A stretch of 64,000 nt of DNA. It comes from Callorhinchus milii. Its lineage: Eukaryota. Made by a program: the position numbers and the translations under genes. The stretch spans positions 49,106,001 through 49,170,000 of the forward strand of contig NW_024704742.1 of the NCBI RefSeq assembly GCF_018977255.1. Reading direction: 5' to 3'. The stretch's first letter is position 1; every line of letters starts with the position of its first letter. The notes below the pieces were generated by a model that saw nothing but the letters and a program-made list of their open reading frames with translations, made no database searches and was not told the DNA's origin. Below are positions 13,265 through 25,322 of the stretch, in pieces.

Positions 13265-14083
13265 ATAATAATAATCCTTTCACTTGATATAGCAAGTTAT
13301 CACATCTTCAAGAATATACTCTAAATTATATCCTTCCTCCCCCATATCCGGTCCCTAACCAGGACCGCTTTGCTCCACCTCCACCACTTTGCCCGTCTCC
13401 GACAATATCTCACTCCACATGCTGCCAAAACCCTTGTCCACGCCTTCGTCACCTCTCGGCTGTACTACTCAAACGCCTTGGCACCCCCCTATCTCTCTTA
13501 CCTCCTCTCTCCTCACAGCACTACTCGCTGCCTCCACTCTACTGGTTCCAGCCTCATCCTTATCCCTCGAATCCTCCGCTCCATGATCGGCAGCCATGCC
13601 TTCAGCCACTTTGCCCCGAACCTATGGATCTCCCTCCCTCAATCTCTTCGTCTTGCCTACACTTTCCCCATTTTCAGGATGTACCTGAAGACCTTCCTCT
13701 TTGACTGTGCCTATGGTCACCTTCCCCCTGGCTCAGCATCGGGCTCCACCATTGTTAAGCACTCTGGGACGCCGCCCAAAGTGGAGGGCACTATATAAGT
13801 GCAAGTCGTTGTTAAAGTGAATTGACTGTATATTTTGTGGGCAAAATGCGACAGACAATGGCGCACAGCAGTGTCCCACAAACAGTCGTGGATTGAGTGA
13901 CCAAATTTTTTTTTAAGTGATTATTATCCCCAGAAAAGTGATCTGCCAATCAACTAACAACCGGGTTTCTACTTACTGCAAGGTAAACAGAGGAGTGTGG
14001 AGTAACATTTCGCCCTGCTGGGAATCAAACCCAGGTCTCTCGCTTGCGAGGTGAGTGCTCTCACCACAGAGCTACAGTACTCC
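13265..14083 (-). mobile_element. Subfamily-B SINE split by an L2 insertion
   Basis: Tail part 13265-13325 ends ...AATATACTCTAAA. The element resumes at 13814 with AAAGTGAATTGACTG and runs to the head ...GAGCTACAGTACTCC. Confidence 0.85.
13328..13813 (+). mobile_element. L2-clade LINE 3' fragment (decayed RT C-terminus + tail)
   Basis: HLHHFARLRQYLTPHAAKTLVHAFVTSRLYYSN...HAFSHFAPNLWISLP is the L2 ORF2 C-terminal signature. Tail CACTATATAAGTGCAAGTCGTTGTT. Confidence 0.88.
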
Positions 14084-17000
14084 AAGTGTTAATTGTTTAC
14101 TGCAAAGGAACAGCAGCACTCTGAGACTTGACCCCACATGAAGGGCACTATATAAATACAAGTTGTTGTTGAATGATAATAATCTTTGCATTTGATATAG
14201 TACCTTTATCACATTGTCAATATATCTCCAAGAACTTCACAGGATCTTACTGTGAAGTGTAGTGACTGTAATTTATTGGCAAATGTTCTGATGAACAATA
14301 ACTGCACAGATACGAAGAATCTAAAAATAAAGATCTTCACATTCTGACTAATCCTAACATTCATGACTTATGATGATTCTCAAAACACTTTTTGACTTGC
14401 AATCAATTTGAGGTAAAATATTGAAGACATATATCCATTGTAAAGCTGTCAGACTGACTCAGTGGCTTTGGATTTTGTCTGGGTTTGAAAGTTCACTACT
14501 TGCTAGAGTGTTATTTTTGCTTTTCCTGACAAAAATAATCGTTTTAAGAATGAGGCTGATTATTTATGACAAGCATATTTCACGTCCAAAATTAAATTGG
14601 CTCTCAGTACTACACATTGTGATTCTGCAGTGACTGATTGTACAAAGCAATTCCGAGCAGTGGGGGAGGTGTTTTTACACCCTGTGCATTATACACTCAA
14701 CAAACACAGATCATGTTAGCTTTAAAAATGTGGCAATAGGATCAACAACTGCCATAAAACAACATTTTATAAAGCAAATGACTGATTTGCACTTTTCTCT
14801 AATATAGTTTTGAATTTATAATTCTTAATACCTCCTAGAAAATAAGGTTCAACATTTATTACAAACAATCAACTCTTCTGTAATAGGCTACCTTTATAGG
14901 TCTATTGAAGTAACTTGGCAACTTTAATATAGGTTGATTTAAGAACATATTAAGAACAGGTTAGCAACCTGGGAAAAAATATTGTGGTCTAACTTACGTC
15001 TCTGAACAGATTTCTTAGCAAAGAATCATGCCAACTGTTGAAATGGAATCTACTTCCAGAGCGGAGTTCTTGTGGGTCAACACAAATTCTAAGAAATACC
15101 ACAGATTGGATTCCATTAAGATTCAAGGACTTATTTATTAGTAGCTTTAGTGATTTCCACCATTGAACTGGGATATTCCTCAACTCAGTTCTTAATTAGT
15201 TTGGCTTAGTAAGTTGTCCTCTTGCATCTGGGTCAGAAGGTTAGGAGGTGCATTGACAATCTTATTGTATATCTCATCCATTCCATTATACAGACAATTC
15301 CTACTTCAAATATACAATGCACATTTGCACAAATCCACCTGATGAAAGTTTCTTGTATAATGAAACTTCCTAATAGTTCTTTGTTTTATTTGAGCAGGCA
15401 TTGGTTGACATTTCACCCATGAGAAATCTTAGCAGAGGAAAGTAAGCAATTTTCACATGAATTTGTGGGAAAAATAACACAGAGGAGGATATGACTGATT
15501 TATGATGAAGTGCCTTGAAGATTTGTAGCAAGACAGTCCCAAAACATTGTTCCTCTTCTGTGGCAAGACATCTGGATCTATCAGCGCAAAAATAAACTGC
15601 AACTGCAAAAACTTCACCGGAGACACATAACTGATGAAGTTAGAAGTCACAACTGATTTTACAGAAGCAGAAGTATAATAATAATACTTGCATTTGATAT
15701 ATGATCAAAACACTTCACAAGTAATTGCTGTCAAGAGCAGTGACTATGGATTTGTAGGCAAATGCAAGAATCCATTTGTACACGACAATGGTCCACACGC
15801 AATCAACAAATGAAAAACTAATTTAACTGAAAGATTGTTGGCCAGGACACCAGGAGAAATTCCCTTTGGTTTTTAAATTCAAGTTTGATGATAGCTTTGA
15901 CACTTCCAGATTAAACATCTCCAATGCCCTTGTTGCTGGCATCTCCAGCTGGAGATGATTCAGAACTCTGCAGATCGTAACATCACCCACACTATGATTG
16001 GCAATGTCATCAACTTCACTCTTACCTGGCTCCTTATCCCCCAGAGGATTAATTTGAAAATCCTAAATTCCGCAGCTTTGCTCAATTGTACCTGCGTAAT
16101 CACCTGCTACACCAATCCCCTGGCCACTCCTGCTAATATTTTCTGCCAAGTTTGGACTGCTTCATGCCTCCTGCCCCTCTGTCCCAGTCTCCACCAATCT
16201 CTTCTGACATCCTGCCAGCCCTTTATTGGAGCAAAGAAAATTGACGGGATCTGATCTAGATATTTAGGATGATTAAAGCAACGATTATGTAGATGTTGAG
16301 GTTATTTAGTACAAAGCCTGATTGCAGAACTGGAAAATGAGCACTAAATTTATAAGCCTTAAGCAAAACTAAAGATTCAAAAAAATCCTCTCCTCTTGGC
16401 CACACATTAGATATATACACCGGATGCTAATTGAAAGCAGCTAATGCTGTGGTGATGAGCTCTTTTAGATGTATAAACCCTTAGGAAGGCATAGTGTCTG
16501 ATTAAGAATGGATTGAAGTTGATGAGTAAGTCTGGGCATAATAATTGAATACTTCACGGATCATGAAAATGTCCTCGTGGAATGTCACTGGTCAGGGTTG
16601 AATAAAGTAGATTATGGTTATGTAGCCTCATTATATTACATTATGACATGCAGAAACTTCAATTCTTATTGTCTGCTTGGAAGTTTTATCTGTGATTATT
16701 TATAGAAATGAGTCTTTCAGACATTGATTTCTGTTAAAAAAAAGCTTTTGTTACTTGTTTATTATATTCCAGTCTGAACAATTCATGAAAATTTGGCGAA
16801 AGATAAGACAGTGGACTCAAATCAGAGAAATACTAAGTCATCAGAGTGTTAGCTAAGATTGTTCAGCATAGATTGAGGCAAGTGAGTATTGTGATGGTGA
16901 ATAGATCACCAGATCACAATTACCTGTGATGCAGTTTAAAATCACCCCAGCACTCGCCAGTAGATCTGGCGTCTCTCAGCAGATCGATTTCAAGCTCAAC

Positions 17001-18884
17001 CTCACCTATAAATCCATCCACTCCTTGGCACCTCCACTAACTCCTCTTTGATCCACTACCTTAATCTGTGTGCCTTCTTCTTAGCTAACACGGCCTTGTT
17101 GTGCATCTCGCGGCTGCTACGTGTTGCCATTGATGTCTGAGCCTTCAGTTCTTAGACTCCTAACCTCTGGAACTCCCTCCCTCTATTGCTCCATCCATCC
17201 TCTCGCTTTCTACTTCTTCGAACGCGCCTTCAACACCTTCAACCTTCAACACATTCAAGCCTGATCTGAACCTCACCCAACAGCCGCACGTCACCCTGGG
17301 TCACTGACTAACTGTGAGGTGTGCAAATCCTGGCTACATTTTTATACCTCAAGGCTCAGGGTGTTGATGCCAATTGTAATATTCTGCTGTTGCCCTAGCT
17401 GAGATCAGCTAACTCAGCAATTAATGTGGCATGTTAAACGTGTGCAAACATATGTATTGAGCGTCATATGAAAATGCATTTGTACAGAGGAATTAAAAGT
17501 GTCTGTCTATCACTAATGAAATTAACATGAACAACAACTTGCATTGATATAGCAGGGTAGCACTTCAGAAGCTGTCCTTATTTATTATTCCACCACCAAT
17601 ATATTCATATGGAGACTTACTCATCTAGGGGAAACAATAATTAAAGTAAATTTAAATCTGTTCATTCTTCTAATAATGCTTCACATCTCTCACCTTTTAG
17701 ACGTAAGCTTTGTGGTGAGCAGTAACTACATTCTGGAGTACCAAAGAGTTTGAGAGATTTCAGTGCATCCTTACATGATAATTAATAATACTCCTCACAT
17801 TTGATATAGCAACCTTGGTGTCAGGAGGACACCTCAAAGTGCTTTTAATGTAAAGTGTAGTGAGGCGAATGGGGCAGCCAATTTGCGCATAGCAATGTTC
17901 CTCAAACTGCCATGATGAGAATGACCCAATTTTTTTCTTGCGGATTGTTGGCTAAGACACTGGGAGATCTCTTTTCTTTTTGAATTGTGGCATGGGATCT
18001 TTAATGTCTATCTCAACAGACATGACCTCGATTTAACATCTCATTGTAAGGAAATCATCTCCAACAACACAGCACTCCCCCAGCACTTCAATGGAGTACC
18101 AGGTTAGATCAGCTAACTCAGCAAATAATGTGGCATGTTATTATGTAAGCAAGGGACACAACCCAACACTGAAAGCAGAAGGAGTTAGGTTTAGAATAAA
18201 CAAACATAAACTAAAGATTGAAAAAAAAATTCTCATAATGCTGGATATGTGGAAGAGATTCCCAACAAAATCAGATGACATTCTGTTGAATTAACACCTT
18301 CAAATAAAATAAAGTATCCATATCTGCATGATAAGATTTAGATGTAGACTGAGATAAACTGATACTCTGTGGGACACAAACGTTGCTGTGCTCCTGGGGT
18401 CAGGGATCGGAAGGGAAAACGATCTGTGGAGGGGGAAGGAGACAAGGGTTCAATAGTGGAGATGGATCAATTTTCTGAATTTTATGCTGCCTTACCATTG
18501 GGATTCAGGGTATATCTACTTTCCTTCAGGAAATAGAGTTGAAGGGGTAAAGTTCATGGTAGGTTTTGCATGGTTTTGGAAGGAGTGGGCTTGATGGAAA
18601 AAAAATGCCCTTTCACATTCTATGTTTGCTTATTTGCTTAAATGTGGCAATTGCTATCTCATTGCAGCAGGTTCTTCCTTAGGTGAAAGTGTGAGAATGT
18701 TCAGGTTACTTATCTTTGACCCTCCTATAGGAGTCAAACCTAAGAGTGTAAAGCGAATGAAGCAATGAACTGTTGTAGCCTCCGGGTGTACAGTAATATC
18801 ACTTTAATCTTTGTGATCTTTCTTTCAGTTTGGCTTCTTAAAATGGTTGCACTTTTTCTGAGGTAAAGCATGAATACATGAAAA

Positions 18885-21800
18885 TGCAAGGTTTGCAAAT
18901 TTCATTTTATTTATTATCGGTATGACAATCAAAAGACAGAACAGTTAAGAGATGCAACTGCCACCATGCAAATTCACAATAGAGTCAATGGTAAGTAACA
19001 GAGAATACAAAATTACACAGCACTGATAATTTACAACCAAATATAAAACACAGTGCATTTCCTTACTTTAAGTTAAAACCAAACCTGAGAAATACAATGA
19101 ACATTGAATGTCACCATTCATGCAGTGCAAAACAAATCAGGGAAATTTAGTCAACGTTTTTGAAGTCCGGCAGAAAAATCCTGACCAAATGTCCAGAACA
19201 TGCTTCGTCTTTACACGAGAACGTTCAGGCCAAATTTCACCATTAAGTTGAATTGAATTTAAATACTGTACTCTACAGCAGTGGCAACAGTAGAAAGTAA
19301 CCATTTACTTCGTACCAATGAAGTAAACTGCATTACAACTCTCCATTTCCACTCTGTTGTCACTTCAAACAAACTAATCTGGACAAAGCTATCCAGTGTT
19401 ACTTTGATTTATTATTTTAAAGTACAGTCGTGTTCAATTAGTTTAAAACGTATCGCATGTATTTGCACACATCTTGAATGCAATTCTTACTGGGTGGTGT
19501 GTCAGGACTAAAGGACACATTCCATAGCCTATTCAGATACAATCTTCCACAGAACAGAATGGATAACAATTGAACAAATCCCACGTGGATTTCCACTCCC
19601 ACTCCCCACAAAACCAATGCTTACTCCAATTAGAATTAAAATTTATATAGAAAATATAAAACTACAAGTGAGTTGCACAGACAAGTTCATTCTTTTTAAG
19701 ATGAAGGACATGTACAACAACTGACCAGGAAGCACACAAAAATACATTATGCACCGACAACTGCAGCACTGCTTTACCTTTCATTAACAGAGATCATTTC
19801 TCACTAAACCGTGCGCAAAATTGTGCAGCAAGATCAGGAGTCATGCACAAGCAAGGTACATGTAACACTTAACTTCATGCAGACAGACAAAATGGCAAAC
19901 AGGTTAAACAAACACACTACAGTACATCTCCCATGGGGAGAGAAAGACAACAGCTACAACTGCTAAAAGAAACAGAAATTACAGGCTTTGACACTATCAC
20001 CCTTCTGCCATCCATCGGAGGATTCCTTAACAAAAAAACACAGTGAAGTGTGGTATGAACAGTGAAGAGTACGTAAAGGGGCAGCAAATGGCAAAACAGA
20101 CAACAGCAATCGGATCCTATTTTCAAAGTCTTGTGAGTTGCTTTTAATTTGCGCTTGTTTTTGCTATTGAAGTACAAATAGTGGTAATCTCTTGATAAGG
20201 AATCAGTACTGCACAAATAGGGACTCCCTTCAGGTCAACCCCAGTAAACACCAATCCAATGAGATCTAGGTTGGCAGGGAATTTGAACAGATTCCTTATT
20301 TGAGAATCCTCTGAAGAAACACTGCAAATCAGGCTCGGTCCTTGTCATTACATTCATGCTTGAATGATAATCTGCAATGTGTCTCTTGCAAATTTGTAGA
20401 AATCGAGTTTGTAAAGTTGCTAAATGACATTTTGGGCTATAACAACTCGACCTATGCTGTAATTTGGAATTTAGTCCCGGAATATATTCCATAACAATAC
20501 TAAACAATCTGAGTGGAGAGGATACTATTTTTCTGTTTCATTGTTTATTCCTTTCCATATTTCAATTTTCTTGTGACGATCTTTTAAAAAAAACTAAATC
20601 CAATAATATGCAAATCCAGCTGTTCTGTGCAAGACTGTCATTGAAACAGCTGGAATGTTAAATACCTCTTCACCTCTTGCATGGAGTTTGTTTAATATCT
20701 TCAATCAATAAAATATCTGCTTGGAATGGAATGCTTAAAAAGGCTTTCAGAATACAGTATATTTTGCTACAAAATCAGCAACCTTAACATTTCGCTACCA
20801 AAGCAGCAAAATAGAGTACCGATGTTTGAGAATAACTTTTAAGGAATACTTATTAACAAAGTTGAGGTTCTTACATACAGGCACATCATACGAATGTTGT
20901 CAGGTCTGCAACACCTGTGATGATAAAATAAAATGGTTCATGTAATACAGGCACGGTAACTTTCATTAAACCTGAACCTAGGAAGGAAGCTGCTGACGTT
21001 ATAACAACAATGGATGCTTAGCAATACCATGATGCCAGAGTCCATATCATTATTCAGCAGCATTGCCAATGAAGCATGAGGTGAGACTTGTCAATATTTA
21101 TTTTCTTGTAGATTAACTTTTGAATTGGTAGGAACTCGAGAAATAAAACACACCCTAGTTGTACCCTCAATATCTAAAGAAGAGTTAAAAAGTGTTATAA
21201 ATCTGGTCTGTCAACATCTGTTTCAAAAATAATCAAACACAAGTTGATAAGCATCATAACAGGATCTAGCCAACAACAAAATAACCAGAGAAAGCTAATG
21301 ATATGGGGAAGAAATACTTTCTGGCTTTTTTAAAAAATAAGACATACTTGACTATTTCAGGTCTAGTTAAAAAAAAGTCAATTTGTACTCTTTTTAAGGA
21401 AAGAATGCTTGATACAGAGAGCACTGCCACCATTAAATGTTCCTTCTCCTTTAACTGACATGCTCGCCAGGGCTCAGCATTAGCTAGTTCGGAATTAAGG
21501 GCAATTGAAGAAACATGTTAATCCATCAAAATCTAATTAAAAAGTCATTCACTCCAGATAGCACCAGCTTAAAAAAAGTAGAACTTGTAGCCAGGCACAT
21601 ACACGTCACTGTTTCACTTGGAAAACTAATTTGAACATTAAGAAATGACAAAAGCATATCTAAGGCCATAGTTTGAGAAAGTCAAAAATTCAGAAGCAAG
21701 TGCCAAGAAGGCAGTTGTCACATCTTTCGTATACCACTGTATGTGGAAATTATACTCCACAAAAGTCTGCAGCAGGACTTGAAGTTTGCTCTGCTCTTAT

Positions 21801-22720
21801 CTCCAAAAACAGGAGAAAAGTGCTGATTGGAAATTTCTAATCTACTATGATTTCATTGTCCGAGGCGTGGTGACGAAAGCTCATGCTATCCATGCTTAAT
21901 CCTCTATTATGAGAGCACAGTTTAGAATTTGGATGGTTCTCTATTTATTTTGTACTTTTCTCCCAGTGAATTATGTGTAAGCGATGCTTCAGGACTCTTG
22001 TTGGACACATTAACACAGAGCAATCTTGAAAACACGGAAACATTATTTCACAGCAACAGAGTAAATCTTTCCCCCATAATGGTACTAAATGAGGCATCCA
22101 CAAGGTTTATAGTATTTTTGTTAAAAGAATAAAATGTACCAAAATTTCGACTGAAGTAATAGTGGCAACATTTAAATCTTTCAGGAAACACAGTGGAAAA
22201 GCCTGTCAAACACACACATGGGAGGGTTGGTTTGGTGCATGTTGCTGTGAACTAACAACTGGTAACCAGCAGGGGAAAGGTTTAGATGCTGAGTGTATCC
22301 TAACACACGCACACACCAGAAAGACATTAAATAGTGTAAAGCCCATCCGTCACCTGGAATTTATGAACTTCTACTTGTTTTTTTTAAGAAAAAAAATAGC
22401 TTTTTAAATTGTCTCAAGGGCCTAGTCTGTCACGGATACAACAGCAAACTTCAAGCCCTGACCAGCAAGTTGTAAATGAGTTCTGTGTTAGAATTCTAAC
22501 AGTGAGTTTTGATAAAACATATTTGCACAGTGTTTGCGTCCTTTTAATAGGTAGCAATGGTGATCAGTACTTTCTTCCCCTTCGTAAGATATGTAAAGAC
22601 CCATCAGTCCAAGTCTTTACACTGACGGTATTTTGTTTGTTCAGAAAACACACCCTTTTAAGTCTGACATCCATCTGAAATATTTATTTGCAAATGATTT
22701 CATTCCCCAGTATTAACTGT
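18885..22720 (-). other. atp8a1: Probable long atp8a1 3'UTR; overlapping polyA signals at 18906-18915 (TTTATTTATT on +)
   Basis: ~3.8 kb after the stop with none of the SINE tails found every 1-3 kb elsewhere, ending at a double AATAAA on the - strand. Other AATAAA sites inside are possible alternative ends. Confidence 0.5.
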
Positions 22721-22818
22721 TCACCAGGTGTTGGATCCTTGTTTGGTGGTATCATAGGCCCTTATCACTTGAGACTGGGACACAATACCATGTTCATCTT
22801 GGGAGAAAGCATAGCCAT
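22721..22818 (-). CDS. atp8a1: ATP8A1 final coding exon (GYAFS regulatory tail)
   Basis: ttacag|AT GGC TAT... Encodes (H)[31 protein letters not shown]. The terminal Trp and shisa3 adjacency favour ATP8A1 over ATP8A2. Confidence 0.95.
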
Positions 22819-23241
22819 CTGTAAAATAAAATACATAAATAGGCACATAGGAAGCGCTAGACAAAAAAGACCAAGGTCTATCTGATCCGCCTTCTATCAT
22901 CCTGGTAGTTTTGTGATACAATAATGAACATGTTGATAGCAATTAATTCTGTATGGATTAGAATATCATCACATTGGAAAGTTCTCCCAAGCATCCTGCC
23001 CTTGTCATGTGTCAAATTACTCATATACTGTATAATGAATAAACAAACAGGATAACATTTATATCAGAAATTATTGTCACCTTAGTTCACAGTACATTTA
23101 TACAGTGCATTACTTTATCCCTGCTATACTATCTGTTAAAGACACTTCCAATAGGTAGCAACCCGGCAAGTGATCTGCCACAAAGGATTAAGGTTCATCA
23201 AGCGGCAAATGGGTTACAGTCGGAGACCCCTCTGTTGTGAT

Positions 23242-23534
23242 TGTCTCTCTGTGTGTCTCTATTTGAGCGTGTCTATGTCTCTTCTATATGTGAGTATGTT
23301 TATGAGTGTCTCGTGTGAGTGTGTGCCTCTCTGTCTGTGTGTGTATGTCTCTTTGTGTCTATGACAATGTGTGCGTGTCTCTCTCTCTCTGAGAATGTGT
23401 CTCTCTGTGTCCGTGTCTCTTTCTGTGTCTCTGAGTGTGTGTTTGTCTCTGTCTGTGAATGTGTGTGTGTGTCTGTGAGTGTGTGTCTCTCTTGTGTCTG
23501 TGAGTGTATGTCTCTCTCTGTGGCTCTGAGTGCG

Positions 23535-23568
<34 letters not shown>

Positions 23569-24250
23569 AATGTTGTCTCTCTCTCTCTCTCTGTGTCTCT
23601 GAGTGTGCGTGTGTCCCTTTCTCTGTCTGTGAGTGCGTGTGTGTCTCTCTGTGTCTGAGTGTGCGTGTCTCTGTGTCTGAGTGTGCGTGTCTCTGTGTCT
23701 GAGTGTGTGTGTCTCTGTGTGTCCATGAGTGTATGTCTCTCTGTCACTGAATGTGTGTGTCTCTCTCTGTGTCTGTGAGTGTGTGTGTCTCTATCTGTCT
23801 GTGAGTGTGTGTGTGTCTCTGTGTGTCTGTGAGTATGTGTGTGTCTCTCTGTCTGTGTCTCTCTCTGTTTCTGAGTATGTGTGTGTTTCTGTCTGAGTGT
23901 GTGTGTCTCTTTCTGTATATGTGAGTGTATGTGTCTCTCTGTGTATGTGAGTGTCTCTATGTCTCTGGGTGTGTGTATCTCTCTGTGCATGTGAGTCTCT
24001 CTATGTCTCTGGGTGTGTATGTCTCTCTGTGCATGTGTGTCTCTGTGTCTCTCTCTCTCTGAGAATGTCTATCTCTGTGGCTGTGAGTGTGTGTCTCTCT
24101 CTGTGTCTCTGAGTGTGTGTATCTATGTCTCCGAGTGCATCTCTCTCTCTCTCTGGGACTCTGTGTGTATGTCTCTCTGTGTCTCTGAGTGTGTGTGTGT
24201 CTCTCTCTCTGTCTGCCATGTGTGTCTCTCTCTCTGGATTTCTGTGCCTG
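23242..24250 (+). repeat. ~1 kb degenerate (CT)n/(GT)n low-complexity tract
   Basis: Interleaved TGTG/TCTC/TGAG units in the last atp8a1 intron. Source of the spurious His/Thr/Arg/Glu-rich ORFs. Confidence 0.93.
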
Positions 24251-24739
24251 TGTGCGGTGCCGGCCCTGAGAGGCAGGAGATGGTGAGCTCCTGTAGCCTC
24301 GCCGGTGGTCACAGCCTCCCCTGCACCCACCCCCCAAAAAAATGGCTACCTATTTATTTGTTAAAGAAGCAATTAATAATTTTTTTTGCAACAATCTAAT
24401 ATGTTAGTTTTTATCAATGAAGTGAAAAGTGTAGCAGTAAAATGTACCTCAATAGCACCAAACAGGCAATTTCCCCACAAAAATGAGCAAAGAGCCCCCC
24501 ACTCTCCCGCCCCAATTTCCCCCAAAGATTTGTAAAACATGCCGTAATTTGTTTTTGCAAAAATGTCCACACTTCTCTATTGGCCCAGCTGATGACTAAC
24601 ATTTTTGCATTGCCATTTGTGGGCATGAAAGTCTGTCTGTATGAACTCAAATTTGGCTCAAAGGAATCAAGATAAAATAAAACTCTTCAAAAAGAAAATT
24701 GCAAAAACCACAATACACAGGACTAGGACATTAACAGGG

Positions 24740-25115
24740 TGAGAGAATACAAAGAGCAGGAAAGGCTGGACAGATAAGAGCATTTTACTCTGGAGAAGAG
24801 ATGATTGAGAGGAGACCTGACTGAAGTGTTTAAAATTATGAAAGAGATTGGGTAAGGCAAACATAAATAGACTGTATCCACTTGTTGGTAAGTTGATAAC
24901 AAGGAGTCATAAATATAAGATAACCTCTAACAGATCTAAAATAATTTAGGAGGTACTTCATTACACAGTGTAATGAAGTAACTCCTAATGTGTAACTCAC
25001 TGTAGTTGTAGCAAAGAGAGAGAATGAGAAATAGAGGGAGAGGAATAGATAGGTGAGGGGGAGGCTATGGAGGTGACTAGTTGGGCCGATCAGCCTGTTT
25101 CAGTGCTGTTGCTGT
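24740..25115 (+). mobile_element. CR1 3' fragment
   Basis: TLEKR*LRGDLTEVFKIMK motif and GGGCCGATCAGCCTGTTTCAGTGCTG end. Other CR1 3' ends near 720-835, 34640-34757, 57880-58020 and 62800-62970. Confidence 0.72.
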
Positions 25116-25230
25116 TGTACATAATTCTATGCGTGTAATTAAATTGGGCTATTCACAGATCTAAAGAATCAGAACCAGTTACAAAGCTTCTAGATATTTT
25201 TGTGTAGAGTACTCAAGACAAAACACTCAC

Positions 25231-25322
25231 GTGGTGAACTATGTTGAATACGTCCTGCAGCGTACAAGTTGGTTATGCTCCTCTTAAATACGTTCTTTAA
25301 GAGTTGAGCTCGCTCGCTTAAC
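25231..25322 (-). CDS. atp8a1: ATP8A1 penultimate coding exon (92 nt)
   Basis: gaacag|G TTA...CCA C|gtgagt. Encodes LSERAQLLKNVFKRSITNLYAAGRIQHSSP(H), with the ATP8A1-type ERAQLLKNVFK. Phase 2/1. Not in the ORF track in this frame. Confidence 0.93.

Noticed and set aside
15495..15660. Possible C/D-box snoRNA (ATGATGA ... CTGA)
   Set aside because: Intergenic, no convincing terminal stem or recognisable rRNA guide. Such short motifs occur by chance.
23319..24399. His/Thr/Arg/Glu and Val/Cys/Ser ORFs
   Set aside because: Translations of the CT/GT low-complexity tract.
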